Shown: positions 36,461 to 50,565 of the stretch, piece after piece
How positions within the stretch are numbered: the first letter of the stretch is position 1
How the letters are laid out: every line of letters begins with the position of its first letter
Assembly: GCF_018350175.1 (NCBI RefSeq)
Contig: NC_058368.1
Location: 18,230,001-18,294,000, forward strand
DNA: 64,000 bases
Reading direction: 5' to 3'
From: Felis catus
Taxonomy: Eukaryota
Position numbers and translations under genes: made by a program
The notes under the pieces: generated by a model
Databases searched by the model: none
Told to the model about the DNA's origin: nothing
The model's input: only the letters and a program-made list of their open reading frames with translations

Positions 36461-39400
36461 AATAGTAGCAGTCTGTCATCTCCCTGTTTTTGACGTGCTC
36501 ATCTAAAATGTTAATTACGAAGTTGCTATGCACGGAAGCAAAATACAAGTCAAGAAGAGTGGCAAAGGCAAAAAGTGCAATTGTGGGAGCATTAAAATAC
36601 AAGATTTGTTTTCCTGCATCACACGTGAGCTACATTCTGCTCATCCCGGCTGTAAGCACATTGTACCTAGCAAACAAATAAATAGGGATGCCCAGCGAAT
36701 GAGAGGAAAATTCCAGTAGATGCACGATTTCCGATTCTCTTTAATATCTATCAACAAAGCTACTTGAACAGATTCTGGTTTCATGAATCCATTAGTAACT
36801 GAAACTGTGCTTTTATTTCACTCATTTGTCTGAGTTTCCTCTGTCGTGCATTTCATAGCACAGAGGCCAACCCAGCAATGTTTTCTTGAGTCAGCACCTC
36901 AGGCGAATCCGTAAAATCTTAATTTTTTAAATGAACGATCGAATGGAAATGTGATCAGAAGATTTTAGCTGGTAATCAGCATGTTTGGACACATATGAGT
37001 ACTTGGGTGACAATGTCAGAATTTGAAATCTGAAAACTATTATGTCTAAACCTAGTTTAATGAAAATTCATGTTTACTTAAGGGTTTATACGGTGGTTAC
37101 CTTTTCTGTTTTAGGTCATTCTTTCCAGGATAATAAAGCTCCCAGAGGGAATTTGGAAATGTATTTACTTACTTATTTGTTAAACAAACAATGGTCTCAT
37201 TCATAGCATCAGAGCTCTCTCCGCCCGAGAAGGAGATACTGTCCGAAATAGCGAAGCCTGGATGGAATTGAAGTTCGGCCTTTAACCTTCAGAGAAAGGG
37301 TGCTATTTCAGTTATCTAAAGAATGTGTCAGATAAGGCAAATGAGCTCTACAAGATAAATAAGAGATAGAGAGAAAAGAAATTATACTGGGCCAGAGAAA
37401 TCAACGCATCAATAGTATTTGTTGATCAACTACTGTATATAAGTGCTATCAAGAATAAAAAAAGTAAAACTCAAAAAAAAGGTCTACTTAATCTCTAGTT
37501 GAAGATTTGATCTAGTTGAAAATATTGGAATAATAGAGTAAAATAACAGCAAACGATTCAAGGGAATCCTACATCATGTCTAACACATTTTAAGCGTTGT
37601 AGAAACTCAGAAGAGACAACAGTCCCTGAGGGCTTGAAGAGACAGGGGACGATTCCTAGAGGAATAGAATCTGAAGTGGGCATATTGGCGGATTATAGGA
37701 AAGGAAGAGAAGCTGGTGTGTTTTGTTAGTTTGTTTTGCAAGCAATCAACCTTCTGAAAAGAGCAGTCGGGACAATGTGTCTTTGGAATGTTGAAGTGAC
37801 TGGTCTGATTGATGTGACGGGGATGTTACTGAGAAGTCAAAAGGAATAAAGCCAGAAGAAAGGGTGGAGCCATTTGGCGGAAAGCCTTGGCAGTCATCTT
37901 TGATACATTCTGTTCCATATGCAGAATCAGGGAATGGCATTTAGGGAAGAGCCCTGTGGCAGCGGTCCCCAGCACGGATGGATAGATGCTCTCCAGTTTT
38001 CAGGTTAGGATAGGATAGGTTAGGATAGGAGCAGCTTCCCCCAGAGAAACCAGGAGCAAATGTTTGCAGGAACCCATGTGGGCCGTGATAACGGGCCGGG
38101 ACTAGAGTGGAAGAGAGTTGTCCATTCGGTGGAATAATTTGTTAACTTCACTCAAGTCAGATGGTGAGTGCATACGTTTTCTTGGCAAATTTAGTCTAGA
38201 AAAGCACTCATAAACAATCTTGTAAGCGTCCCTTTCTTGTGTTTCATTTCAAAACCACCACCGAGTACTGGCCATGCTCGCCTCTGCTGTATCTCTAAGA
38301 ATTTTTACCCACGTTGGAATGAATTTCTCATTTGCAACAAGCACAGCCCATGGCAGGGTGACACCGGCCGTGGTCTGAAGTCTCCTGCGCGTCCCCTCGG
38401 TCTGTAGGGGAGCGAAACGTCTCTCCCTCCAGGTATCTTCATGGCCAGGAAGACCCAGTGTGAGGACAGAAGAAGCTGCTTTTATTAATACGCATACTGG
38501 CTCCTTTGAAGAGGGCAGAGTTTTCTTTTCTCTGGCATTTGGATTTCAGATGTATTAGATGTCACTATTACCTTAAATAGATGATACAAGGACTTTTCAT
38601 TTTGCACTCCTACCAATAAAATACTTGAACATCCTCCTCAGTATAGGTACGTTTATTCATAATTGTGCATTTCCTTATGTTAAATGTCATATTTTAGTGA
38701 CAATAAGAAGAATCAAGATGCTTTATAAGTGTTTAAGTCTTGCTTTACCGACCTGTGATACAGCGATCTGAAGCTCAGGGTATAAATTGGATTTATTTGC
38801 GTACTTGGTTTAAACCTGTCATAGCTGGAAAGATACCCCAAAGTAGGAGCAGTTCTAGATGGAGACCATGCATCTCAAGCTGTGCCTGCTAAATCCTGAC
38901 ATGCTATTATCCATCCTTCCCAATACTTCTGTAAAACTTTTAGCTGAAATGTGGCTAGTAATTTTCCATTTTCTCTGATGTCAATCAGATGTTCTTTAAA
39001 ACTAATCAAACTTGCTGCATTTTAACATTTTTGACAAATGGGTTTTAAAAATCAGTGAAACTTTTTTTCTTTTTTTTTTTTGAGAATTCTTAAACACGCT
39101 AGAAGAAAGTTTCCGAGTTTCCTAACTGTATAAATTACAAGTTGTTCAGGGGGAATACCTCGCTCTGGCACTAAAATAATAAAACAACGGTAACATTTCT
39201 AGACACTCGCTTCCAAAGTGTTCTGTCTATTGCTGGAATTTCTTACGAAAAGTGAATGGTTTTGTATTCGTTGTTGCAATGTCACCTTTACACTGAAGGG
39301 AAACTTGACATTTATGTCTAATAAAAGTGTGTATTAGAAGAAGATCTGCAATTGTCTTATAACTTCCTCGTTCATTGTCAGAGTTGCATGGAATGCTATC

Positions 39401-39692
39401 TACATTTAATTTGTAGAGGCTTTTTAAATTACTTGCATACCTAAGGAGTGTTAGGTTAGTTAGAATTAAATGGCAAAATCCACTTAACTACAGCATACAT
39501 CAACCGCAATACATCATAATTCACAGAATGCAGGTTGGTAAGTGACTTCACGCCTCACTTGCCATTGGTGACCTGGGACAACTAGCCCTAGGGCTGGAGT
39601 GAGGAGACCGGTGGTGATCCTTATATCACATATTAGTATATTTCATTTCATTTATCTTTTATATATGATAATACATAACACAGAAGTGCAAA

Positions 39693-39916
39693 GGGGCGCC
39701 TGGGTGGCTCAGTCGGTTAGGCGTCCGACTTCGGCTCAGGTGCTGATCTCATAGTTTGTGAGTTCGAGCCCCGCATTGGGCTCTGTGCTGACAGCTCAGA
39801 GCCTGGAGCCTGCTTCGGATTCTGTGTCTCCTTTTCTCTCTTCCCTTCCCCCACTCACGCTCTTTCTCTCTCTCTCTCTCTCTCAAAAATACATAAACAT
39901 TTAAAAAAAATTTTTA
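39693..39916 (+). mobile_element. Felid SINE
   Basis: Canonical head, body and tail. Degenerate TSD agaagtgcaaa / agaagtggaaa. Confidence 0.96.
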
Positions 39917-40415
39917 AAATAGAAGTGGAAATATTTTTCCCTTACCTCAATGGATAACCTTTTAAAATCTAAACTATTTTTTAAGGCAGTTTTAGGCTCA
40001 TCGGATAATCTTTGCATCCCACCTTGATAATCACGATTTTAAACGAATAGCAGGGCGGGTAGCAAGAGTAAAACAATGACTTCTAACAGCTGTACATCAG
40101 AGTCTCCCTAAGCCTCACAAAAAAGACCATTAAGTGACGTTTTCAGTTTCACTGTCATTTTGAACTTACCTACCTGTTGCAAGACATCCAATTTTCCTAA
40201 AGCTCCCTTAACTAATTTCTGGGTTTTCCTGGGGGGGAATCTTACAAGTATTTATAAGTCATCTTTTCAAGCTCCCCTCCGTGTTCTCCTTCCTGAAGCA
40301 GTCGCTCAGGAAGTTGCTTCAATGCTGTCTCTAGGGCTAAATGTCCTTGGTGAAGACATTGATTCTGTGCCCAGAGCCCTGCATCCTGGGACTCCCTTAA
40401 GATGCCAACATTTGA

Positions 40416-40637
40416 GGGGCGCCTGGGTGGCGCAGTCGGTTAAGCGTCCGACTTCAGCCAGGTCACGATCTCGCGGTCCGTGAGTTCCAGCCCTGCGTTG
40501 GGCTCTGGGCTGATGGCTCAGAGCCTGGAGCCTGTTTCCGATTCTGTGCCTCCCTCTCTCTCTGCCCCTCCTCCATTCATGCTCTGTCTCTCTCTGTCCC
40601 AAAAATAAATAAACATTGAAAAAAAAATTAAAAAAAA
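40416..40637 (+). mobile_element. Young felid SINE
   Basis: Perfect 17-bp TSD aagatgccaacatttga (40399-40415 / 40638-40654). Confidence 0.97.
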
Positions 40638-41569
40638 AAGATGCCAACATTTGAAATGTATTTTTGGAAAAAACAAACAAACAAACAAACAAGTAACTTA
40701 AGACAATAACTTGGTGGAAATAATAATGTGATCCAAATGAAGTATCTTCAATTGATGCTTATGTCTCAAGAAATTGTTTCTACTTTTATTATTTTTAATT
40801 TGGAAATTATTTCGGCCAAATGTCCCTGCCTTGTACTATTTGTAGTATAGAGGAGTTGGAAACAACCTTTAAATTGCTGCCACATTTTCACTATGGTGAA
40901 CTCCCCAGAGTACGATGATTTCACTGGCAGAATACGTACTGGAAGGAGAAAACCAGGAAAAACGAAAAAAGAAAAGAAAAGAAAAGAAATATATCTTTCT
41001 ACTAATAAATTATTCAAAAAGCAAAAATAATTAACATTTGCATAAATAGTTATAACACTGGCAGATGACGCACCCAAATGCTCAACACAGAAAAAATACA
41101 GAATTTGAGATATATTCATTTTGTTTTAAGAAATCATCTATCCAAAGCAAATATTCATCCCGACACAAGTTGTTAATTTTCATCACTGCCATCTTGTTTT
41201 GAAGTCAATTGCTCATGATCATGTTATTTTTAGCCAAATTACCTGGAGGAAGCCTCCTCCCCAGTTCTGAGTCACTTTCTGTCACTCAGTTTCTGAAGGT
41301 GTAGTTTGCAGGTCTCGGTCATTTTCAGAGCATCCAGTGGAAACAGGTCTTGCTTCAGGACACGAGGAGGTGTTGACCAGTCGCTGCAGCCTTTTGGATG
41401 CGGTCACCTTTTCCTTCAGGGGGCTCTTCCCACCTGCCCTTCCACCTTTCTCAAGATAATTCAGAGGACCTGGCAGTTTGGTCAGTTGCATAGAGGGTCG
41501 GCATTGGAAAACCCTAGGTTGAATAGCAATTTATAATTAAAAAGATATTAAAATGTATATTATCAAACA

Positions 41570-41750
41570 GCATTTTATAGTGCTACAAGAACACACTTAC
41601 ATCCATTATTGGTTGTTTAATTCTGCTAACAATTCCATGAGGTAGTCAGAGGAGAATTCGTTTGACCGTTTTACAGATGAGGAAAATGGGTTTTAGAGCT
41701 GGAAGGAAACTTCAGTATAAATTTGAAAGTCCAGTTCCCTCATTTTCCAT
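41570..41750. mobile_element. MIR fragments
   Basis: aacaattccatgaggtag...cgttttacagatgaggaaaatggg, the MIR core. Confidence 0.6.
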
Positions 41751-42066
41751 GGTGTGTGAAATGACCCAGACCCTTTCATATGGTTTGTTGTAAGCAGGGA
41801 CGTTCTATCCCCTGACCCTCACCCAACAAACCCCTTCAGGGAAGCAAAATACACACACAGATATAGAGACATATTTTTCAAATATGAATTTACTCATAAG
41901 AGTTGAAATATATTACTAGTTGCATCAGTGACAACAATGAGCCTGCTGAGTGCCAAAACATGCAATTTGAAGTTAGGGGCAACCACGGTGTTTTTGCCCT
42001 CAGCATCAAGTCATTTCTCAATTCCGTTTGGACTTTACGAAGTTTGCAATGTACTGGTCCACCAGG

Positions 42067-42789
42067 TGTGGTAAGCTGACTTCGAAGAAGGTCTCCAGAT
42101 CCTTACTTCTCAACATCCTTGTCTAAGCGTAGCTTCCTCCTTTGAATATAGGACGGAGCTAGTGACTTGCTCCTGATGAGTAGAATGCAACAAGGTGAGA
42201 AGATGTCACTTCTGAGATAAGATTTTGAAAAGACGGTGACTTCGGTCTTGCTAGCACACATGTTCTCTGGCTCTTCTTGCCGGCTTGCTCTGGTGATGCC
42301 AGCTGCCCCAGTGGAGACACCCATGTGCCAAGAAACTGAGAGAGGTCGCCAGTCAACAGCCTGTGAGGAACTGAATCTTATCACCAGGTGAGTGAGCTTG
42401 GAAGCAGATCCTTCCCCAGTGGAGCTTTAAGACGACTGCAACCTTGACTGCAGCCTGGGAGAGACCTAGAGAAATAGCTAAGCTTTGCCCATATTGCTGA
42501 CCTATAGAAACTGTGAGATAGGAGCTCCTGGTTGGCGCAGCCGACTTTGGTTCAGGTCACGATCTTGCAGTTCATGGGCTGGAGCCCTGCGTGGGGCTCT
42601 GTGCTGACAGCTCAGAGCCTGGAGCCTGAGCCTGCTTTAGATTCTGTGTCTCACAGTCTCTCTGCCCTGCCCCAGCTCGCACTCTGTCTTTCTCTCAAAA
42701 ATAAAGAAAAGAAACTGTGAGATAGCAAATGTTATTTTAGCCACTAAATTTTGGGATAACTTGTTATGCGGCAATGGATAACTACTACA
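42067..42789 (+). mobile_element. Complete MaLR solo LTR (MLT1F-like) with a nested SINE
   Basis: tgtggta...actaca termini and a 5-bp TSD ccagg (42062-42066 / 42790-42794). MLT1 motifs gatgtcacttctgagataag, gtgagtgagcttggaagcagatcct, agaaactgtgagata. Confidence 0.88.
42521..42709 (+). mobile_element. Felid SINE nested in the MLT1 LTR
   Basis: TSD agaaactgtgagata (42506-42520 / 42710-42724). Small deletion in the head. Confidence 0.94.
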
Positions 42790-44639
42790 CCAGGCAAGCA
42801 GCTGCAAAAGGTAATAGCGGGTTTTGTTTTGCTTTGTTTTGTTTTGTTTTGTTTTTTAACAACTCCCTTTGCTGTCTGTGGACTCCTTTGAATTTGGCAG
42901 AGAAGGTAGGCAGGGGAAGCATTAGTACATTTTGCCCATAAAGTCAATAAATTCAACGGCAGAAAGTGACGAGTATAACATCTCCAATGTTGTAGCCTGT
43001 GTAATAAAACACACTTGAGTGTACTTCTTGGGTTTGTTACAGTGTAAACTATGAATACAGACTTTCAAAAAGTCAATTTTATGTGAAATGTTTATGGAAA
43101 TCATGGAAGATGACACATGTAGTGGAAAGAGCCCAGGTCTTAAAATTAGACTGACTTCTGGAGACTTGGTTTCCTCATCGTAAAATTGGAATAATAATCC
43201 TTAGCTCATGGGTTCTAAATGGCATAGACACTCAGTTCAATGCCTGGTCAGTTGATGTTCTTTAGCTTTTCTCATGGCAGGTGATAAAGACAAGGCTCAG
43301 AGACATGAAGTGACTTGATGTACCCAATGAGGATGGGGTCTAGGACTTATCTCTAATCTGATAGACCCCAAATTACTGAGCTATTTGAACTCTGAATCCA
43401 GATCTCTGGCTTCCTCCACATCACACAATGAGCCCCAACCCACCGATTTCGTATGTCTGACTCCCAAGAAGAATTCTCCTTGGGACTTGTGTTAAAACCA
43501 AGAACTCTGGTGGACTTCTTAACGCACTAAGAACAAAGGCTTACAAAGATAGATGGAGGAAGAACAGTATTTCCTTTAGATAAATCCACATTTAAAATGC
43601 CATCTTCCCAAACTTAGTCTTTCCTCCACCCTCTATCTCTGATTTTGACATTGATAGAGAGCTTTCAAGAGAGCAGCATAGCTCAATTAGACGAAGCTAC
43701 TAATTTGAAGGAACAATACATAATGAATGGCACTTAACGTGTGGTGATTGTAACAGCAACTGCCTTCTGCCATTTTTGTCCTTGAAACATTTTAGCTTGT
43801 CTTTTCTTCCCCTTGTGTATTGTTAGGACTATTGCAAGTGGGTGTGGGAGAGAAAGAAGGAGTGAGAGCAGTGAGTGGAAGGACTGCCTTGGGAGAGCGA
43901 AGGGTATAGAAAAAGATGAGCCTGATGTTAGGCATGCATGGAGCCAGTAAGAACACCCAGACTGCTCAAGTGGGAACTGGGTCCTTCCCCCAAGTGCTCA
44001 GGTCTGGGTATCCCTATCCACAGGATGAACAGACTCGAAAAACACAAAAACAAAGAACACCATCCTTCAAGCCTCCCGGAGCTCTTTGAATTAGTACAAG
44101 ACCCTGCTCTACTTCCTCTGTTCCTTTGCTTCTCGTCCTATGAAGACTCAGGCAGAGAACTGCCACCAAGCCAATCTCGTGACCTCTTTTCAGCGCACGA
44201 CTAACATCCTCTTGGGCATTAAAGGGAAAAAATTCGAGCTTACGCGTAACTGAGTGCACATTCTTCTATAACAAAACCATCGGGGTAAATATGGTCCAAA
44301 TGAAAACGATCTACGAGTAAAGAAGCAAATGATAGGATGACAACCACAGCGCCGTGTATGATCGTTGCTCACTTTTCCTCCCTTTATTTACCTGGAATAT
44401 CCCCGTCACTGCTGTGTTATACTTCTTGACAGCGCTTCAAATCAAAACAATTTGGGAGAGAAAAAAAAAAAAAAACACTTGCCCAAACTTTATAGATCTT
44501 TCAGAGTTTGCATCGTGTAGTGGAAGAACCATTGCCAATGAGCGGAAAGACCTGGTTTCTAGTTTGGGCTCTGGCGCTCATTAACCAGCGCGGTTATAAA
44601 TAAATAGCAGCGTGATTTTTGCAAGGCTCTCTTCTTCCC

Positions 44640-45410
44640 GCTGTGTCCAAGGCAAATCCTAAAATTCCCCCCCTCCCCCATCTCCATAACCATTATCCTG
44701 TCTGTATCATGTTCATGTCTCATCTGCGCCACTGACATGGCCCGGGCCCAGCGAGGAGGCCAGCTTCACGCTCACGGGCTTCAACCCATTCCTTCCCACA
44801 CGCTTGTGAGAATACACTTACAGAAGAAAACCGAGGCATGTCACTGTCTGCTCAAAACCCCCGTGGTTTCTCACTGCCCACCTTCGCCACTTCATCTCAT
44901 GCTGTCCCCTGTCTGTCCACCGCATCCCTCATGGTCTGGTCTTCTGTCAGCCCTTTGGCCCACCTCTTTCTTACCCCAGGACGTTTTCCTTTCTTCTCAC
45001 CTCTGCCTAGAAGGCATTTTCACCCGACTGTTCTCCCCAAATCACTCCAAAGATGGTATGTAATACTTCGTGAAGCAAGCTGACACATGAATCCAAATCC
45101 TCATTTCCTCCTCGTCGTACTTCAGCTTAAACGTCACATCCTAAGGGAAGCTTTTCCCAGTCAAATCCCCCCACTGTTGTCACATATCCATCTTCGCGTT
45201 CCTTTTAGTACTTACCACGACGGTGATTATTTTCTCTTTTGTTGTTTACTTGCTTTTTGTATGTCTTTTCCATCAGAATTTGAACTCTCTGAGGCCAGGG
45301 ATCGTTCGGTCTTCTTCAGCATTATACTCTCAGTGCTCGGCATGACACAATGCCTAGCACGTTGTTGGTTTGTAACAAATATTCGTTGAAGCAAATAAAT
45401 GAATGAAGAA
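44640..45410 (+). mobile_element. LINE-2 3' region
   Basis: catgtcactgtctgctcaaaacccc, gaactctctgaggccagggatcg, acaatgcctagcac...aaatattcgttgaagcaaataaatgaatgaa. Confidence 0.7.
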
Positions 45411-46173
45411 CCAAATTCTTCCGTATTTATCCCTTACCTAAAGTCTTTCAAAGGCTGCCAGAGCCTATTCGAGAAATGCCAGATTCTTTGCATGTCATCT
45501 GGATGTGAGTCTTCCTCTCTTTTTTAGCATTAAAAAATTGCTTGCATTTCAAATTAAGCCATATTCTTTTTAGCCTCTCTTTGTTGCACATGCAATGTTT
45601 GCCTAGAATGTCGGCCACTACCTCCCCTAGACCTAATCCTCTTGGCTAAGCTCTATTTGTCTTTCAAAACTCAGTTCGGTGTCCCTTACTCTGGAAAGCC
45701 CTTTCTGGTCCCTTTCTCTTCTCTGTCTCTCCTTCCCTGCACCTGTTGGTAACCCACGCTTCCTTCTATTGTAGCACATGTCATACTCAGATGGGATTTC
45801 CCCCAACTACAGGGTTTGTTTTTTAAGGGCCATGGTTGTTTCTTACGACTCTCTGTCTCTTTGTTGCTCGGTACATAGTAGATATTAAGTAAAAGTTTGT
45901 ACAATACATATTAGTGAATGGCTGACTCACTCCTTCTGAATGGCATAGGAGTGTAAGAAGTTCCATTACTAAGGGCACACCCTATAGAATGCACTCACAG
46001 TCAGGTAATAACTCAAGTACCATTTAGTACTAAACTCAAACATCCTATTACTATGGCTCCGTTTAACATTGTAAACCACCAAACTTTTGGCTTTGCAAAC
46101 CGGTGGTCCCTTGAGGCCATCGTCTCCAGAAATGTTGCATAGACCCTGGGCAGCTTAAAGCTGTCCTGATTTT

Positions 46174-46392
46174 GGGGCGCCTGGGTGGCACAGTCGGTTA
46201 AGCGTCCGACTTCAGCCAGGTCATGATCTCGCGGTCCAGGAGTTCGAGCCCCGCGTCAGGCTCTGGGCTGATGGCTCAGAGCCTGGAGCCTGTTTCCTAT
46301 TCTGTGTCTCCCTCTCTCTCTGCCCCTCCCCCGTTCATGCTCTGTCTCTCTCTGTCCCAAAAATAAATAAACGTTGAAAAAAAAATTTTTTT
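46174..46392 (+). mobile_element. Young felid SINE
   Basis: Perfect TSD aaagctgtcctgatttt (46157-46173 / 46393-46409). Confidence 0.97.
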
Positions 46393-47005
46393 AAAGCTGT
46401 CCTGATTTTGTCCTTGCAAAAATAATGTAAACCCCAACTGGCCTTTGGAGTTAGTTATCTGTTTTTAACAATAGAATTGGCCACGTGGAAGACATAAGTG
46501 CGTGAAACGGTCAAGCTTTAGTCTAGCTGTCACGTGAACTCTTGGATGACAGAACCCTAAACCTTAAAAGGTGTCAAATGGACAAGCTGAGGGTCCTCCA
46601 TGCCTTGTCAGGTGTAGCTGATGATCAACGGACAACAGAACCATCTAGACATCAAAATACTCGGGACTGAGCACGTGTTTTGTGTGGAGACGGTGGCGGG
46701 ACAGTTCTACACTCAGCCCAGCCAAAGTGAACTTGGCCTGGAGTCTCTTTCTGCTTTTTCGTTTAAGTCTTGACGATCCCTTCCTTTCTTCTACCTTGTA
46801 AAGTGAGGGAAGAATCAGGTTGATTTGAGGTGGAGCCATGTTTCCCCTAGAAAAATATTAAAAATAATAAAAATAACACCTTATATTTATCTACTTGTCT
46901 AATGTTGTATAATTGTAGGATGTTGTCATTCGTGGAAAACAACTGTAAGCATGATGGAAAATTTGAAACTGTGTATTTGGAAATAAAAAATAAGTCTTTT
47001 AAAGC

Positions 47006-47178
47006 CAGGTTTCTCAGAATTTGTCCAAAAAACACCTGGGATTTTTTTGTTGAAAATACAGGCTCCCAGACCCCCGAAAGACGGAAGAGGTGCAACCTCT
47101 CTGGGTGCAGCCTGGGAATTCGCATTGTTTACTGAGCTCCCTGGGTGAGTCTTAGGCACCCTCAAGCTGGAGAAGCTT
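47006..47178. mobile_element. MER5-like hAT MITE
   Basis: caggtttctcaga...cacctgggat...tgttgaaaatacaggctcccagacccc...gagctccctgggtgagtctt...aagctggagaag. Confidence 0.65.
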
Positions 47179-48724
47179 CATGGAAAGCAAGTGACTTTTT
47201 TGTTAAAGGGTAGCAAGGCTAGGGAGGTAATGTCAGGACAAGTGTCCCCGGGAACATGTAACCAGAGGATTTGGGCAGGATTGAAAAGCTAGGTTATTTT
47301 AGAGAAAAAGAATGAAAGAAACTCAAGATCCTGAATTGAAAGGGCTAAAGTTTATATGGTGGAAATAAGGCACTGACTACAAAGGGTGGCCTATTTTTCC
47401 CAGCGTAGGGATAGGGTGTGTGGGCACAATTACCATCATCAAAGACTTGTTCCATGCGTCACTAAATAAAAAGTGGTTCTGGGACCACAATCGCCTATTA
47501 TTAGAAATGTAATAGTCATATCTTATTTTAAAACCTGTTTTTAATCTATTGCCACCTGTAAAACTAGACTAAACAGATCAAATGTTAAGTCTATCTAAAA
47601 ATACTCTGAGCAGAAACATAATTAGGGTTCTAATTAGGATTATCGTTTAGTAGGCTATGTAGACAAGCCCGAAAAGATAAACCCCTGTTTCAGTGGCATT
47701 AAGTTCTAAGTATTTATCAGATTTATGGGCCTAAGCCACGTATTTTGGGGGCAGTATAGAAATTATGTTGAACAGGCTTTTAAACCCAGGTAATGACTGC
47801 AATTTATTTTCACTTGAAGAGAGCCCAAAGTGCAGTGATTTGAAGAGACCAAACAAAGTGTTGTTTGAAGGTTTCTAGCTCGTGAGAAAACTAAGCTATA
47901 GATCTTATGCTCTCCCAGTCTTCAGATACTTTTTCAGGAGAGAACTCAGATCATTTCTGATTTGCTTTCTCAAGGTTATTGGATTTGTGCCATATGCTAT
48001 AGAACAGTGTGAAATCCCTCGATTTGATTACACATCATAGGAGCCACTCTCTGGGCAGAAGACAAAAAGTAAATATTTTCAGACATAGCCGAAACTTCAT
48101 TGTTTTTTATACTAACAAGGAAACTCAGTAGTTTTTGTTTCAAACATACTCTTTTGTATTTATATATTAAATGACCATATTAAAGTCACTGGAAGAAAAC
48201 ATGAACTCAAAGTTAACCATTTGAAACAACTGACATACCGGGGTCTTAGGTAGAAACCCACCCCAAAATGAGAAGAAAAATGTTTGAGCCTTCCTATCTG
48301 GTTCACCTACTCAAATATTTCCTTCTGGAAACGACTTCTCAGGCAGATGAAAAGAGCTAGCTAAAGGGAAATTATCTTTTCTCTCTTTCAATTACCTGTC
48401 CAGCTCAGTTTCCTTGAGATTGGAAAAAGTTATTGAACCTTTCAGTTGAAAAGATGGAAGTCATCGAAGGGAGTCTCAACATCAGTCGTCTGCAGACCCA
48501 AATGGTCAGTCACTGGTCATGTGGACTCTGTGCTCTCAGGCCAGGAATGTGTCCTCTCTGGAACTGGTGAGTCTACCAAGTTCGTTATCCCAAAAATGTG
48601 TCTCAGAGATCTCACACCTGCTCCACCCGCAAACTAGCTCTGTTCTCGTAAACTCATAAATGTCACTACAGTTCTTCAAGCAGAAACTTGAGAGGCATGT
48701 TGACTCTTTCTCCCTAACAACATA

Positions 48725-48788
48725 AGTGCCTGCCAACAAATGAATGGACAAAGAAGATGTGATATATATACATATATGTATATGTGTA

Positions 48789-48825
<37 letters not shown>

Positions 48826-49338
48826 CACACACACACACACCAAAATATCATTCAGCCATGAGAAAGGAAATCCTGCCATTTCGGACAATATGGAGGGAAC
48901 TAGAGAGGGCATTACGCTCGTAACGTGAGTCAGACAGAGAAAGACAAATACTATATGATGCTGAATGCTATCACTTACATTTGGAAAAAAGACAAACTCA
49001 CAGAAACAGAGAGTAGAATGGTGGTTGCCAGGGGCTGGGAAAATTGGGGAGATGTTAGGTCAAAGAACACAAAGTTGCGGTCAGAAAAGTTCTGAAGATC
49101 TAATGTACCACGTTGTGATTCTAGTTAACAATAGTGTATTATATACTTCCAAGTTGCTGAGAGACTAGATCTTAAAAGTTCTCACCACAAAATGAAGTGG
49201 TAATTATTCAACATGCTGGAGGTGTCAGCCACCTCTATGGTGGCAATCATATCGCAATATATCAATGCGTCACCTTAGCACATTGTAAACTTTCCATTTA
49301 CCCAATGTTATATGTCAATTATATCTCAGGGAAAAAAA
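48725..49338 (+). mobile_element. L1 3' end (carnivore/L1MA-like) with internal (TA)n/(CA)n microsatellite
   Basis: gaaatcctgccattt, gtcagacagagaaagacaaatac, gagtagaatggtggttgccaggggctgg, aagttgctgagagactagatcttaaaagttctcaccac, tatatgtcaattatatctc plus A tail. Confidence 0.88.
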
Positions 49339-50340
49339 ATCCAGACAAAAAGAGCAAGGAAATCAAAGGACAGATGACGAGGAGATGCTGCTGTTTGACG
49401 GTGAATTCTCCACCAATCACCCGGACCATTGGGATCCCTCTTTTTGGTTAATCCTAGCTTTTCCACTTACTGAAGCTCTATGTTTTCCTCCTACGCTTCT
49501 ATCCTTAAAATGGGTACTTTTTAAGGATGGAGAACTATTTTTCTGAGCCTTTGAGAATACGGAACTTACAGGGGCAGCAGAAGGTATCATAAGAGGTATT
49601 AAGTTAGCAGGTTGAGCTAGAGGGCGAATGCAGAGATCCGAACCCACATAACTTATCTCAGAGCAATGATACCGCTTGACTGTTGGGCTTAGAGGAAATA
49701 ATAAGAATGATGTCTGCCGAATGACTAGCTCTGTTCTCATAAACTGCACTAGATGTCCTGACATGGGCACTATTTTCCCAAATCAAATGTTCGGTCAGCT
49801 TTCTTTCCTCTCTCTTTTCTTTCTAAAATTAGTTAAGCTGGGTGGCTGGTGACACAATGACCACAATGGATGTGACCTCATTGTCATGAAAGTTACAATA
49901 CCATGGGAGGCAGATTTCAAACAAACAATTTCACAAAGTAGTTTAATTACAATTATAGTAAGTTACGTAAAAGTTTATAATGAGAGTGAATGACAGTGTT
50001 ACCTGACTTAATTTGAAGGAACAGGAAAGTTACCTTGGAAAATGACATTTCAAGGAGATCTGAGGGATAAGAATTGCCTTCCTAAATGTCTTATAGAAAA
50101 TGTTATAAATGTTTTATAAAATGCAGCTCCTAAATGCTTTGTGAAAAGCTTATGATCTTCTATACCCTTGTCACTTTTCACACCATCTAGTCTTCAACTT
50201 GAAATGGTTCATTTAGAGCTAAAGTGGGAAAATCGTGTTCATTGGTCTGAGTATATAGTTTTTATCTTTGCTTCAGACTCTTTGCACCTAGGAAATAGCT
50301 TTTAGAAACAGTCATCATAACATACACACACACACGGGCA

Positions 50341-50565
50341 TTTTTTTTTTTTTAATTTAAAATGTTTATTTCTGAGAGAGAGAGAGAGACAGAGCACGAG
50401 TGTGGGAGGGGCCTTGAGAGAGAGAGGGAGACACAGAATCTGAAACAGGCTCCAGGCTCTGAGCTGTCAGCCCAGAGCCCGACGTGGGGCTCGAACTCAC
50501 GAACCGCGAGATCATGACCTGAGCTGAAGTCTGACGCTTAACCGACTGAGCCACCCAGGAGCCCC
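50341..50565 (-). mobile_element. Felid SINE
   Basis: Canonical antisense body. Degenerate TSD cacacacgggcattttt / cacacatggaaattttt. Confidence 0.95.

Noticed and set aside
36887..36896. Single AP-1/MARE motif tgagtcagca
   Set aside because: It is an isolated short motif, and single hits of this kind are too weak without conservation data.
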